27,516 nt of DNA from a virus (Duplodnaviria; Caudoviricetes). The position numbers and the translations under genes are program-made. The stretch covers positions 1 through 27,516 of IMG/VR virus record IMGVR_UViG_3300027815_000126, one strand, 5' to 3'. The notes under the pieces are model-generated. The model was not told the origin of the DNA and did no database searches. It worked only from the letters and a program-made list of their open reading frames with translations. Below, one piece after another: positions 17,250 through 26,098 of this stretch (positions are counted from its first letter, which is position 1; every line of letters starts with the position of its first letter).

Positions 17250-17878
17250 TAGCTTGTCGCCTCCCTTACCGCTTTCGTGAGAGCGCCGCTAACGATCCGA
17301 ATCGCTTCGGGTTCCATGTCTTTCCAAGTTTTGTAAAAACCAAGGCGGGGCTTAAGGCGGACTTCTTCTTTAAGAACAAATAACGGCGGTAATACGTCCT
17401 CGGCCTTTCTTCTTTTTCGGAAGAGATAGGTTTTGCCGCCTACATTCACCGGCATGACGTTCTTTTTCGGTCTGACATCGCGGTTATAGGCAGTGCCGCC
17501 AAACTGACGCCTGATGGCTCCTGTAGACGTCTCGGTTGTTCCTGCGCTCGCAGAAATCGGAACGGCAAGCCTGAGGCCTCCCGTGCCGCGCATAACCCCG
17601 CCTTCTTCATGAAGCTTTGCGATTTTGGAAGAGGTGAATATCTCAACGCCCATTGTTTGGTTATCGGATGGAACGAGAAAAACTCTCTTAAAACGTCTGA
17701 AGAGACCGCCCGGACGTGCTTTTATTCCCTCACCGCCCGAAAGCCGTTCGTTGCGGAGTTTCTTTAAGAATTTAAGACTGATGTGATCGAGCGCGTCGCC
17801 AAACTGAAAGCGAACGGCCGTCGGGAGCTTGCCGAGAGTTGAAAGAACACGCGAGGCATCGACTTGTGTCTTGATCAT
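17249..17878 (-). CDS. Tail completion/neck protein (gpZ/HK97 gp10-like)
   Basis: Basic 209 aa, IAKLHEEGG, LKPRLGF, position after the head-closure gene. Confidence 0.65.
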   Translation of the reverse strand: MIKTQVDASRVLSTLGKLPTAVRFQFGDALDHISLKFLKKLRNERLSGGEGIKARPGGLFRRFKRVFLVPSDNQTMGVEIFTSSKIAKLHEEGGVMRGTGGLRLAVPISASAGTTETSTGAIRRQFGGTAYNRDVRPKKNVMPVNVGGKTYLFRKRRKAEDVLPPLFVLKEEVRLKPRLGFYKTWKDMEPEAIRIVSGALTKAVREATS

Positions 17879-19680
17879 TTAATGACCCTCAAATGCCACA
17901 TGGCATCGTCATGTTGTAAAATCTCGACTACCGTCCAAATGACGGGCGACCCGCCGACTTGAACCGGAAAGGAAACCTTGTCATTGTTTTTATTGATGGA
18001 AGTAACGCCGAGCGCCGCATCATTGGCGATGTAAATTTCAGCGCCCCGATTGAGCGAAATAGTGTGATCCGGGCCCTTGGATTCAAGCCGCTCGCGCACG
18101 ATAATCGAATTGATAAATTTGGCCGAACCGCCGTAAGGCGTGTAGGTGATAACTTCGGCAAATTCGGATGAATTTAAAAACGCAAATTTTGCGTCATCAA
18201 GGAGTTTCGTATCAAAATTGACGGCACCCAGCGACGGAGTTACAAGAGGCGCTGGAACATAAGAGCCGGTGAACTCATTGCCGCCTGCGCCGTATTGAAT
18301 GGTGTTTTTTACATCTGCCGGCGCGGGTAACGCCAGCGTTCCGACGGATCCGCCGTTGTTATAGACGATGCCGTTTCGGACATTCCCGACTACGGGATAA
18401 TCCGCCGATGGCTCTTGTCTTTGCGCCGCGCCGATATCCACATAGGACGTCGTGGACAAAGCCGCATTAAATACACTTGGCGCACCCATGGCTTTCATGT
18501 TTGGGCCGACTGCAAAATTACCGTTCGGAGCATCCACGAAAGCCGGATTCAAGGCAATATCACCAACCCCGACGTCCACATTCACGCGGTTTGTCGTGTT
18601 GTTGAAAAAGTTGTTATTCATCATGAAAACTGATTTTTGATTGACGCTACTGGTTACCGCCGTCGTGAGACCGTAAAAAATGTTGTTCGCTACTAAATGT
18701 GCGCCATTTCCACCGAAGTCAATTCCGATACCGGTCGGCGTCTGGGCGCCGTAAAAGGTATTGTTGATGATCTTAAAATTCGAGGAATTGGTATAAATAC
18801 CTGTCTGACAGTTTTTAAAAACGGTGTCTTCAATAACCGTGGGATTGCTGGCGAGCCTTATTCCGATGACGCAATCATGGATATAGCAGCCTTGGAGATA
18901 AACGTCGTTGAAGCTCGTAAGACCTCGGCACAAGGGGGCGGTTACTTCGCATCGGATAAACCGGCATTGCTGCCCGACCCAGCAAGCGCCCGCCGTTGAA
19001 ACGGCGCTCGTACTGATAAACTTGCAGTCTTTGGCGACGGTCACATATCCGATTTGATAGCCGGTGTTATCAACCGTGCTAAAAATAATGCTCGAAATAT
19101 TGTTGTACCAGCCCATCGCAAACTGAAATCCGCTAGGATTTGTAATAAACGGCCTTGTGGCTCCTGTTGGAAGATCGCCTCTCGCGATGTTGTAGCCCTC
19201 CCATTCGATCGGCAATGCGTCTGATCCCGTAGCGGAATTCCAAGTCGAAGTGATCGTGTAAGTCCCATTTTTTAGATAAACTTTATTTCCGGGAACAAGC
19301 TGCATACCCCAAACATTCACATCGACGCTGGCCTTGGCGCCTCCGACGTTTCCGCTGCCGCCCGTCGCATTGGCTCCGGCGCTTCGGTCAATCGTTATCG
19401 TGTTGCCGTTCGTAAAGCCGGTGATCTGATACCAGCCGGTCGTAAAGCCCGCACCCGCCGCGTAAATCCGCATAATATTTCCGATCATCGCGGCGGTGAA
19501 ACCACCAACGGCTGACGTAATCGTGGTTCCTGCGCCATTACTCGCAAGGTCCGTAAGGGCAAGCTGTGCGGCATTCTGCTGGGAATAATCCGTCCCGCCC
19601 GAGCCCGTGACAAAACCCCCGCCGTTATTGTCATTGCCGGTTGTACGGACTTCCCAAACTGTGTTTGCGGATAAAGACAT
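17875..19680 (-). CDS. Right-handed beta-helix protein fused to a C-terminal head-closure (gpFII-like) domain
   Basis: Beta-helix repeats (GCYIHDC, IINNTFYG, VANNIFYG, NNNFFNN, NPAFVDAPNGNF, DIGA). The C-terminal ~115 aa (FLNSSEFAEVITYTP...WTVVEILQHDDAMWHLRV) sits in the head-closure gene position. Confidence 0.7.
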   Translation of the reverse strand: MSLSANTVWEVRTTGNDNNGGGFVTGSGGTDYSQQNAAQLALTDLASNGAGTTITSAVGGFTAAMIGNIMRIYAAGAGFTTGWYQITGFTNGNTITIDRSAGANATGGSGNVGGAKASVDVNVWGMQLVPGNKVYLKNGTYTITSTWNSATGSDALPIEWEGYNIARGDLPTGATRPFITNPSGFQFAMGWYNNISSIIFSTVDNTGYQIGYVTVAKDCKFISTSAVSTAGACWVGQQCRFIRCEVTAPLCRGLTSFNDVYLQGCYIHDCVIGIRLASNPTVIEDTVFKNCQTGIYTNSSNFKIINNTFYGAQTPTGIGIDFGGNGAHLVANNIFYGLTTAVTSSVNQKSVFMMNNNFFNNTTNRVNVDVGVGDIALNPAFVDAPNGNFAVGPNMKAMGAPSVFNAALSTTSYVDIGAAQRQEPSADYPVVGNVRNGIVYNNGGSVGTLALPAPADVKNTIQYGAGGNEFTGSYVPAPLVTPSLGAVNFDTKLLDDAKFAFLNSSEFAEVITYTPYGGSAKFINSIIVRERLESKGPDHTISLNRGAEIYIANDAALGVTSINKNNDKVSFPVQVGGSPVIWTVVEILQHDDAMWHLRVIK

Positions 19681-19693
19681 TTATTCGGTTCCT

Positions 19694-20023
19694 TTAAACA
19701 TCGACGGCTCCGTCAAAATAACTTTTTCCATCTTCTTCTTTTATTTCGGCGGCCATAGTGTAAGCACTTTTGACGGCGTTTTTGCCGTCGCCTTCGATCG
19801 CGGCAATTCCGAAAAAACTCTCGTAAATATCGGGGCTCACAAGATAGGTTTTTGCCGCGATGTCTGCTTTGGGGTTTTCAAGACGCGACGCTTCGCTCTC
19901 GTATCCGGCGAATACCACTTGAGCCGTTTTATTGACCGGATCCAGCGTTACGCGGATCGGAATAAAATAAGCGGTTGGAAAGACCGTTCCGTCTCGGGCG
20001 ACGTATTTCATTTCTTTGGCCAT
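19694..20023 (-). CDS. Phage hypothetical protein
   Basis: 109 aa, GAGGAG RBS, between capsid and neck genes. Confidence 0.75.
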   Translation of the reverse strand: MAKEMKYVARDGTVFPTAYFIPIRVTLDPVNKTAQVVFAGYESEASRLENPKADIAAKTYLVSPDIYESFFGIAAIEGDGKNAVKSAYTMAAEIKEEDGKSYFDGAVDV

Positions 20024-20035
20024 ATTTTCTCCTCA

Positions 20036-20086
20036 AAGAAACGTACTTGTTGGCGCAGTCTTGGTAAAACCGCGCCAGCAAGTACG
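20036..20086 (-). terminator. Hairpin/intrinsic terminator after the major capsid gene
   Basis: CGTACTTGCTGGCGC (20086-20072) pairs with GCGCCAACAAGTACG (20056-20042) with one mismatch, followed by TTTCTTT. Confidence 0.65.
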
Positions 20087-20105
20087 CTTTCTTAAGATTC
20101 GCCGA

Positions 20106-21065
20106 TTAGGCGATCTTCATGAGGTGGCCGAAATACGGGTCGATCAGATTTTCGTCGGTGTTCTGACGGACTCTGAATACCTCTGATCGGATCGTTTCAT
20201 CGCGGTAGGCCTCAACCAGCGCGTTATCCGCCGAATCCTCTGTCCAGAGGAACGTACGGCCAACGCTCGGCATGGAAAGATCCGTACCACTCGGGTCAAT
20301 GAGGCCGAAGAAGACGTAGGTCGGGCTCCAAATATCTCCCGACACAAACGTCTGGCCTTCAAGCGCACTGTTGCGGATGCCCTTGGCAATCAGGACATTG
20401 TCGATCCCGAAGAGTGCCGCCAAGTACCCCGCCACTTCCGCGTCCGTTGCGACCTTGTTGTACTGAATGCGGTTCAAGATTGCGGTGTTCTTTTTGCAAT
20501 TCTCGAAGTTCGCATAGTTCATCACGATCGCATTCGGCAAAAGGCCCGTGTTCGCGCGAACCTTCTGCTTGCCGGTGGATATCTGCGCGATGATGTCGGT
20601 TGTGATCGTCGCCCACGGATTCGCCGAATTATCCGTGTAAAGCGCGGATCCGGTGAATGTCGTGGTGTTGAAGATCTTCCCGGCGATCCTCTTTTCTTGG
20701 GCTTGAAGCACCCCGCGGGCGGGCACCTTTGAAGCTACGAGCTCGGCCTGAAAATCCGTTTGGTACAAGGCGCGCTCATCGTCGCCCAGCGGATTTTCAA
20801 GACCGTTTTCGAGACAGCTGTAGGACTTGTCTTTCGCGCCCGAGCCGACCCGGTTGTAATTTCCCCGGGTGCTTCTTTTTGTGTCCACATCTTGGGTGAT
20901 GTAGTCACGCGTGATGGCCGAGAACGTCGCCGCCTTTTTTTTCGTCGGAAAAATCGGCATGATCTTCGTGCCGACAAATTCATCCGCTACTTGAATAAAC
21001 TCTTGAACCGCCACCCCGAGTTCAAGTCTCGGTGTAGCGCGGCCGCCTGGATATTGAATTGGCAT
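20106..21065 (-). CDS. Major capsid protein (lambda gpE-like, HK97 fold)
   Basis: 319 aa after the decoration gene, GGAGG RBS, EKRIA, PNAIVM, LAALFG, PSVGRTF motifs. Confidence 0.85.
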   Translation of the reverse strand: MPIQYPGGRATPRLELGVAVQEFIQVADEFVGTKIMPIFPTKKKAATFSAITRDYITQDVDTKRSTRGNYNRVGSGAKDKSYSCLENGLENPLGDDERALYQTDFQAELVASKVPARGVLQAQEKRIAGKIFNTTTFTGSALYTDNSANPWATITTDIIAQISTGKQKVRANTGLLPNAIVMNYANFENCKKNTAILNRIQYNKVATDAEVAGYLAALFGIDNVLIAKGIRNSALEGQTFVSGDIWSPTYVFFGLIDPSGTDLSMPSVGRTFLWTEDSADNALVEAYRDETIRSEVFRVRQNTDENLIDPYFGHLMKIA

Positions 21066-21097
21066 TTAAATTTCCTCCCCTTTTCGTTGTTGTGGTT

Positions 21098-21781
21098 TTA
21101 AGACCGTTTGATATGGACGTAGACATCGAACGCGGCCGCGGCCGAGGCGTTCACTTTGAGCGCCGTTCCAGCCGTGATATCTTTTTGTGCCGCGACGATG
21201 GTGCCGCCGCGAACAATCGCGTCGTTCGTCGTGCCTTTGGCCACAACAGCCGTCGCATCCGTTACGCCGTTGATAAGCTTCACGTTCGCGGCGGTCGTAT
21301 CACGCGAGACAAGCCACCAATCGATAATGCGGAACTTGAAATTCGCAGTAACGATGATCGGCGAGGTTGTCGCGTCCGTAATGCCTTCCTTCGAGAAGAC
21401 AAGCAGCTGCTCGGCGTTGTCTTGCATGACATAACCCATCAACGCTTCGAAGACGTCGCCGTCCGCGGTCGTGGTTTCGAGCGCCACGCCGAGCGGGGTA
21501 CCATTCACGGTCGCGGAAACTTTTCCGTTCAAATCCGCGTAGATAATCGCCCCCTTCGTGATGGCACCCGAAGCCGTGAGCTTGAACGTGCGTCCCGGGC
21601 TTTCCAAAGCGACGGTCACGTTGTCGCCGCTATTCACGTCCTGCTGGGTGACGCCGCAGTTGTCTTCACCGGCCCCGGCATACACCGCCTGAATCGATGA
21701 ATTCAATTTCACGCGGCGAAATGACGCGAGCGCCGACCCCGCCTGAAACGTTTTAAAATTACCTTCTATCTGTTGAGACAT
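21098..21781 (-). CDS. Capsid decoration/cement protein (DUF2190-like) with extra C-terminal beta domain
   Basis: ASGAITKGAIIYADLNGKV...GVALETTTADGDVFE in the first ~115 aa, plus ~110 additional aa. Confidence 0.75.
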   Translation of the reverse strand: MSQQIEGNFKTFQAGSALASFRRVKLNSSIQAVYAGAGEDNCGVTQQDVNSGDNVTVALESPGRTFKLTASGAITKGAIIYADLNGKVSATVNGTPLGVALETTTADGDVFEALMGYVMQDNAEQLLVFSKEGITDATTSPIIVTANFKFRIIDWWLVSRDTTAANVKLINGVTDATAVVAKGTTNDAIVRGGTIVAAQKDITAGTALKVNASAAAAFDVYVHIKRS

Positions 21782-21811
21782 TTGATTTCTCCTCCTTTTG
21801 AAAGATTTCGG

Positions 21812-22252
21812 TTATTTCTGTTCTCTTTTGGGGGCCGTGGCGATTAGCGCGTCCTCCATCGAGCACTTGTGGACAGCCTGATACTCCCGGGCGAGCGCCA
21901 AGTGATCCTTTGCGCCGCCTTCTCCGCCGGCATTGCCGCCACCCATGGCCCCGGGGGCTCCGGCTTGAATGACCTTAAGCTTCGCCTCCTTCATCTTTGT
22001 TTCGGCGGCTTCGACGGAGTCGCCGCTTGCGATACACTCGATGGCGGCCGCATCCACGCCTTGAATTTCTTTGGCTTTGGCGTTAATTCCGGCCACCCGC
22101 GCCTTTTCGAAATCATTCTTCGTTTTGAAACCGTTTTCGGCGGCGAGTTTTCCTTCCTCGACCCCTTTGTCGTGGCCTTCCTTCAAAAGCGCCGCGGCAA
22201 GGTCCGGCCTGCCGGCGCGAAACTGCTCGAGCGTCATGTCTTTTAGTTCCAT
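21812..22252 (-). CDS. Nested in-frame scaffolding protein (Nu3-like)
   Basis: Internal GGAGG-N8-ATG (MELKDMTLEQF...) after a Gly/Pro linker. Confidence 0.65.
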   Translation of the reverse strand: MELKDMTLEQFRAGRPDLAAALLKEGHDKGVEEGKLAAENGFKTKNDFEKARVAGINAKAKEIQGVDAAAIECIASGDSVEAAETKMKEAKLKVIQAGAPGAMGGGNAGGEGGAKDHLALAREYQAVHKCSMEDALIATAPKREQK

Positions 22253-23173
22253 TGTTTGATCCTCCGTTTTTGTTGGTTTGCCGGCTTCACCGCCGGGGTT
22301 TTTGTTTGTTTCAACACCGGCGACCGGCTGTGAGCCCTTACCCAAAACCCTGCCGCTTGTTCCACTGCTTAAAATCGAATCAATTGAATCCACGCCGTCG
22401 ATGAGGCCCATTTCAACCGCTTTCTCAGCGATCCAAACGCGCCCATCTGCGACTTGCATCACCTTGTCGACGGACACGCCTCTGTTACGCGCAACCGAGT
22501 CGACAAACACCGAATAAATGTCATCGATCCTTGTCTGCGCGATTTGCTTTTCTTCCTCCGAAATTGGTTTGGCGGGATGACCGAGGGCTTTATATTTACC
22601 GGCCTTGATAATTTCAAACTTGATACCGGCGTTGTGCGCCAAGACCGACATATCGATCATGGTCGTGTAAACACCGATTGATCCGACTTCTGTGGTTTTC
22701 GTGGCGTAAATCTTGTCCGCGGCCGAGCCGATCCAATAAGCGCCGGATGCCATCTGACCGCTGGCAAAAGCGTAGATTTTCTTTTTCGCGCGGGAGGCAA
22801 AAATCAGATCCGCTGTTTCAGCGGTACCGGCGACCGTCCCGCCGGGCGAATCGATATCAAGCGCGATTGATTGAACGGTTGGATCCGCGATTGCGGCGGT
22901 CACCATGTTTTGAATGGATCCTGTGGAAACCGCCCCGAAAAGAAGATCCCAAAAATCAGGGTTTTTCATGATGACGCCGTGAATTGGAATAACGGCAATA
23001 CCGTTCACAACGCTGTAGCCTTCTTGTTTGAATTCAGGCCGGCTTTTCAGCGCGGCGGCAAAAGTTTCCTTTGTGGCGTCTTCAGTAGAGAGGTTTCTTT
23101 GTGTAATAACTGTGAGCGTTTCCTCGCGGACCGCCCAAGCCTTGGAATAGACATCCTGAATTATGTTTTTCAT
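21812..23173 (-). CDS. S49 (SppA-like) prohead protease with C-terminal scaffold (lambda gpC-like)
   Basis: LDIDSPGG, MASGAYWIGSAA, VGSIGV, AGKYK, FVDSVARNRG, GLIDGV. Confidence 0.93.
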   Translation of the reverse strand: MKNIIQDVYSKAWAVREETLTVITQRNLSTEDATKETFAAALKSRPEFKQEGYSVVNGIAVIPIHGVIMKNPDFWDLLFGAVSTGSIQNMVTAAIADPTVQSIALDIDSPGGTVAGTAETADLIFASRAKKKIYAFASGQMASGAYWIGSAADKIYATKTTEVGSIGVYTTMIDMSVLAHNAGIKFEIIKAGKYKALGHPAKPISEEEKQIAQTRIDDIYSVFVDSVARNRGVSVDKVMQVADGRVWIAEKAVEMGLIDGVDSIDSILSSGTSGRVLGKGSQPVAGVETNKNPGGEAGKPTKTEDQTMELKDMTLEQFRAGRPDLAAALLKEGHDKGVEEGKLAAENGFKTKNDFEKARVAGINAKAKEIQGVDAAAIECIASGDSVEAAETKMKEAKLKVIQAGAPGAMGGGNAGGEGGAKDHLALAREYQAVHKCSMEDALIATAPKREQK

Positions 23174-24798
23174 TAATCGCCACCTTGATTTGGATTGTTC
23201 GGATCTGACGTGTCCGAAGTTTTTGATTTGGGGGTGTTCGGCTTGTCTTGATTGATGATTTTTACGCCGTATTTCTTTTCGAGATCCTGAATCTTTCGGA
23301 CTTCCCGCGCTCTTTGCTCAATTTTTTCTTCCCAATCGTCCCCGCGCGAGGCGCATTCGTCGGCCAAGGTCGATATGCCGTTATTGATCGAAAGCTCGGC
23401 GGCTTCGGCTTCTTTCAAGGGATCCACCCACTGCCAGCCGGGAGTAATCCATCGCGCTTTGTTGTAGTCATATCGTTTCGCGTAGTAATCGGGAACATCA
23501 AGCTCTCCCCGCAGATACGCTTCCTCGAGAAGCATTTCGTAAACCGGCTGGCAAAGTTTGCTCGATAAAGAAACTTGCCGCTGTTTGAAATAACGGTAGG
23601 CCTGTAAAAGTGCGGCACGTGCGCTCGAATAATTCGTTTTCGAGAAATCTTTTGAGACGATCTCGTATGGAAGATTGAGGCCGGCGCAAATCGCCCGCAA
23701 AATTGAGAATACAAACGGGTCAAAGTTCCCTGAAGGCCGCGCGGGATTAAAAGATTTCACCTCTTCACCCGGGGCCGTGCGCTTGATCATGCCCGGCTCA
23801 AGTTTTTCGAGGCGCTGGTTATTTAAATTTGTTTCGTCGGATGCGGCAATCGATGCGCTGGCTGAATTTTCTGTTTCGATGATTAGGGCGTAGCAAGCCG
23901 ATATCCGCGCGGCGACAAGCTCGGCTTCTTCGTAATCGACAAGATGCTTAAAATAATCAAGGACCGGCGTGAAAAAAGGAATGCCGCGGGTCTGCCCCGG
24001 ACGCTCGACTTCATAGATATGAATAACGTTTTTCCGGTCTTGGCTGTTGAATGCGGGAATCTCGGTGTACTGAAAATCATAAGAACCGCCGCCGTAGAGA
24101 AAATCACCCGGATGTTTTTTGCTGATAAAATACGAAAGCGGTTCCCCGCGGTCGCCGACCCGCACACCTCCTCTGATGTTTTTATCGCCTATAAACGCAA
24201 ACGGCGTTCTCAAGCGGTCGGGTTCAATGATGTCGATTGCCAGCGAATACGGCCGCCTCGGATCATTCAACATCGCCGGAATAAAAAGGGCTTCGCCGCT
24301 TTCTAAAATTTGGCGGTCGATAAGACGCTGAATTTCATAAAAATCCATGCGGTTGGCCGCATCGGCGGTGCCGCACCACTTCTCCCAAACCTTTTCGCAT
24401 TGGTCTTGAAGCTTCTTAGCCTGTTCATCGGTGATGCCTAAGTCTTCGGCGCTGATTCTTGACTGAAGACGAATGCCGGTGCCGACGGTGTTATTGACTA
24501 AAGTTTTTGTAATGCCTGAAGCTCGCGGATCATTCCCATTAAGGTCGCGGCTTCTTTCCCGAAGAATCGGAAGATCCAAAATAAGGTTTTGATCCGCGGA
24601 TCCGCGGCCCGGGATCCATGAGCTTTTTAAGCGGTCATAACCCGCCCCCTTGTAAAAGCCGGACGCCATGATATCTCCCGCCCGGCGGTACACCATGCGG
24701 CGATATGCGGTCTTGGGCGCTAAGATGCCGATGATTTTGTCGAGGCCGTTTCCGATATGATCGCCGAGCGAGAGTTTTTCTTCTTTTGGATTTTTCAT
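23173..24798 (-). CDS. Portal protein, lambda family
   Basis: LRERSRDL, VGTGI, RPGQTRGIP, DFSKTNYSSARAAL, WVDPLKEA. Confidence 0.95.
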   Translation of the reverse strand: MKNPKEEKLSLGDHIGNGLDKIIGILAPKTAYRRMVYRRAGDIMASGFYKGAGYDRLKSSWIPGRGSADQNLILDLPILRERSRDLNGNDPRASGITKTLVNNTVGTGIRLQSRISAEDLGITDEQAKKLQDQCEKVWEKWCGTADAANRMDFYEIQRLIDRQILESGEALFIPAMLNDPRRPYSLAIDIIEPDRLRTPFAFIGDKNIRGGVRVGDRGEPLSYFISKKHPGDFLYGGGSYDFQYTEIPAFNSQDRKNVIHIYEVERPGQTRGIPFFTPVLDYFKHLVDYEEAELVAARISACYALIIETENSASASIAASDETNLNNQRLEKLEPGMIKRTAPGEEVKSFNPARPSGNFDPFVFSILRAICAGLNLPYEIVSKDFSKTNYSSARAALLQAYRYFKQRQVSLSSKLCQPVYEMLLEEAYLRGELDVPDYYAKRYDYNKARWITPGWQWVDPLKEAEAAELSINNGISTLADECASRGDDWEEKIEQRAREVRKIQDLEKKYGVKIINQDKPNTPKSKTSDTSDPNNPNQGGD

Positions 24799-25013
24799 AC
24801 CGGGTCCTTGAAGCTTGCGTAATTCGTTGACGACCCGGGTGTGGAATTATTGAGTTCTTTTCGAATCAGGTTACGAATGTCATAAAGCTCTTTTAATGAG
24901 CAATACTGGATATTTCGTCCGCCGATTGTGTAAGACTGAACAGCTCCGCCCGCGAGGCGCGCGTTGATCGCGGCCTCCACGTTATCGAGCATTGTCTGAA
25001 TAGATACGGCCAT
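24795..25013 (-). CDS. Head-tail joining protein (gpW-like)
   Basis: Start reassigned to 25013 (GGAGG RBS). 72 aa with QSYTIGGRNIQYCSLKEL. ATGA overlap with portal. Confidence 0.85.
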   Translation of the reverse strand: MAVSIQTMLDNVEAAINARLAGGAVQSYTIGGRNIQYCSLKELYDIRNLIRKELNNSTPGSSTNYASFKDPV

Positions 25014-25031
25014 CACTTCCTCCAAAAGGTT

Positions 25032-25120
25032 TCCTGACAACCGAATAAAAAAGGCAAGACAGCAATCTTGTGGATTGCTTGTCTTGCCTTCTCGAGAAGG
25101 ACTGTATTCGGTTGTCAGGA
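25032..25120 (-). promoter_or_regulatory. Structured leader upstream of gpW: 16-bp outer stem enclosing a terminator-like hairpin
   Basis: 25032-25047 and 25105-25120 form a perfect IR. Inner IR 25051-25067/25073-25090 is followed by TTTTATT on the minus strand. Confidence 0.65.
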
Positions 25121-25146
25121 TCGCCGGTTCATGAGGCCGACGAGGT

Positions 25147-25178
25147 AAAAACAAAAAAGCTTGGGGGTTGCCCAAGCT
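25147..25178 (-). terminator. Intrinsic terminator
   Basis: AGCTTGGG-CAACC-CCCAAGCT then TTTTTGTTTTT. Confidence 0.7.
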
Positions 25179-25238
25179 CTTATCTTAAACGTGATTTAAT
25201 TTTTTAAAAGGGGGTCGTTGCTACAACGTAGCAAAGAC

Positions 25239-25508
25239 TTATTTGGGGTCTTTTTCGTTCAAAAGCTCGTTTAACAGGCCAAATACAGCTATCCGCCTGC
25301 CTTCCCCGTCGTGAATTTCCACTTTCACAATTTCCGCTACTTGGTTTTTCAAGAGAATCGCCACGTAACAGGCCTGAGTCGGCGTGCCTTTAACAAGCGG
25401 TTCCGCTAAAAAGTATTCTTCCCGAAGCCCGAGGGAATCGAGAAGTCTCTCATAAGACGTTTCGCGCGAAACGCCGTTTTTTAGATACGCTGTGATTTGA
25501 TAATTCAT
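25239..25508 (-). CDS. Hypothetical protein
   Basis: 89 aa, ATGA-coupled to the upstream small ORF. Confidence 0.65.
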   Translation of the reverse strand: MNYQITAYLKNGVSRETSYERLLDSLGLREEYFLAEPLVKGTPTQACYVAILLKNQVAEIVKVEIHDGEGRRIAVFGLLNELLNEKDPK

Positions 25509-25642
25509 CTGATCCTCGAGCTTTTTATCAGCTTTCGTAGTTTCCTTTTTTCGGCCGCCAAGCGGTCCCGAAGCGCCTGATTTAAGCCCAGCGCCACGCG
25601 TATGGCCGGTGTTATTTCGTCTTTCAAATAAGCCTGTTTCAT
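25505..25642 (-). CDS. Small basic helical protein (45 aa), not in the ORF track
   Basis: MKQAYLKDEITPAIRVALGLNQALRDRLAAEKRKLRKLIKSSRIR. AAGGGGG RBS and ATGA overlap. Confidence 0.55.
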   Translation of the reverse strand: MKQAYLKDEITPAIRVALGLNQALRDRLAAEKRKLRKLIKSSRIR

Positions 25643-25720
25643 ATTGCCCCCTTGTTGTACCCGGACTTGTGACCGGGCTTGTGCGTTAACCGGAGCCTTT
25701 TCGGGCTCCGGCCACTCCGC

Positions 25721-26098
25721 TTATTTCTCCTGCTTTGTTCCCCAGCCCGACTTCCAGCGTTTGACGGCCTGTTCCATAATTTCTTGGATGCGATCTGCTT
25801 TCGCACCGCCGACAATCTCGGAAAGCTCGGTTTTATTCATGACGCGGAAATTTTTGATTCCGCGCGACTTCACTTCTTCCATAAGCTGTTTTCGGCTTTG
25901 ACCCTGCGTTTCGTCCTTTTCGACTTTTGCCGCGGGTTTCGTTGCCGGTTTTGCCGCCGCTTTCGCCGCGGCCTTTTTCTTCTTTGCCATTTCATCCTCC
26001 TTTGTTTGTGTTTCGGGTTTAAATCCTAAACGCTCAAGTACGGCATAACCGCCCTGGGCGTTTATCACAGCGTCGTAATCCGGGTGAACATATCTCAT
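25721..26098 (-). CDS. Lys/Ala-rich (histone H1-like) plus Rho-N/HeH-like nucleic-acid-binding protein; alternative start at 25990
   Basis: MAKKKKAAAKAAAKPATKPAAK and SRKQLMEEVKSRGIKNFRVMNKTELSEIV. AAGGAGG RBS before the internal ATG 25990. Confidence 0.65.
   Translation of the reverse strand: MRYVHPDYDAVINAQGGYAVLERLGFKPETQTKEDEMAKKKKAAAKAAAKPATKPAAKVEKDETQGQSRKQLMEEVKSRGIKNFRVMNKTELSEIVGGAKADRIQEIMEQAVKRWKSGWGTKQEK

Noticed and set aside
25014-25175. N-terminal extension of gpW given in the ORF track
   Set aside because: It runs through hairpins and terminators; the RBS-supported start is 25013.
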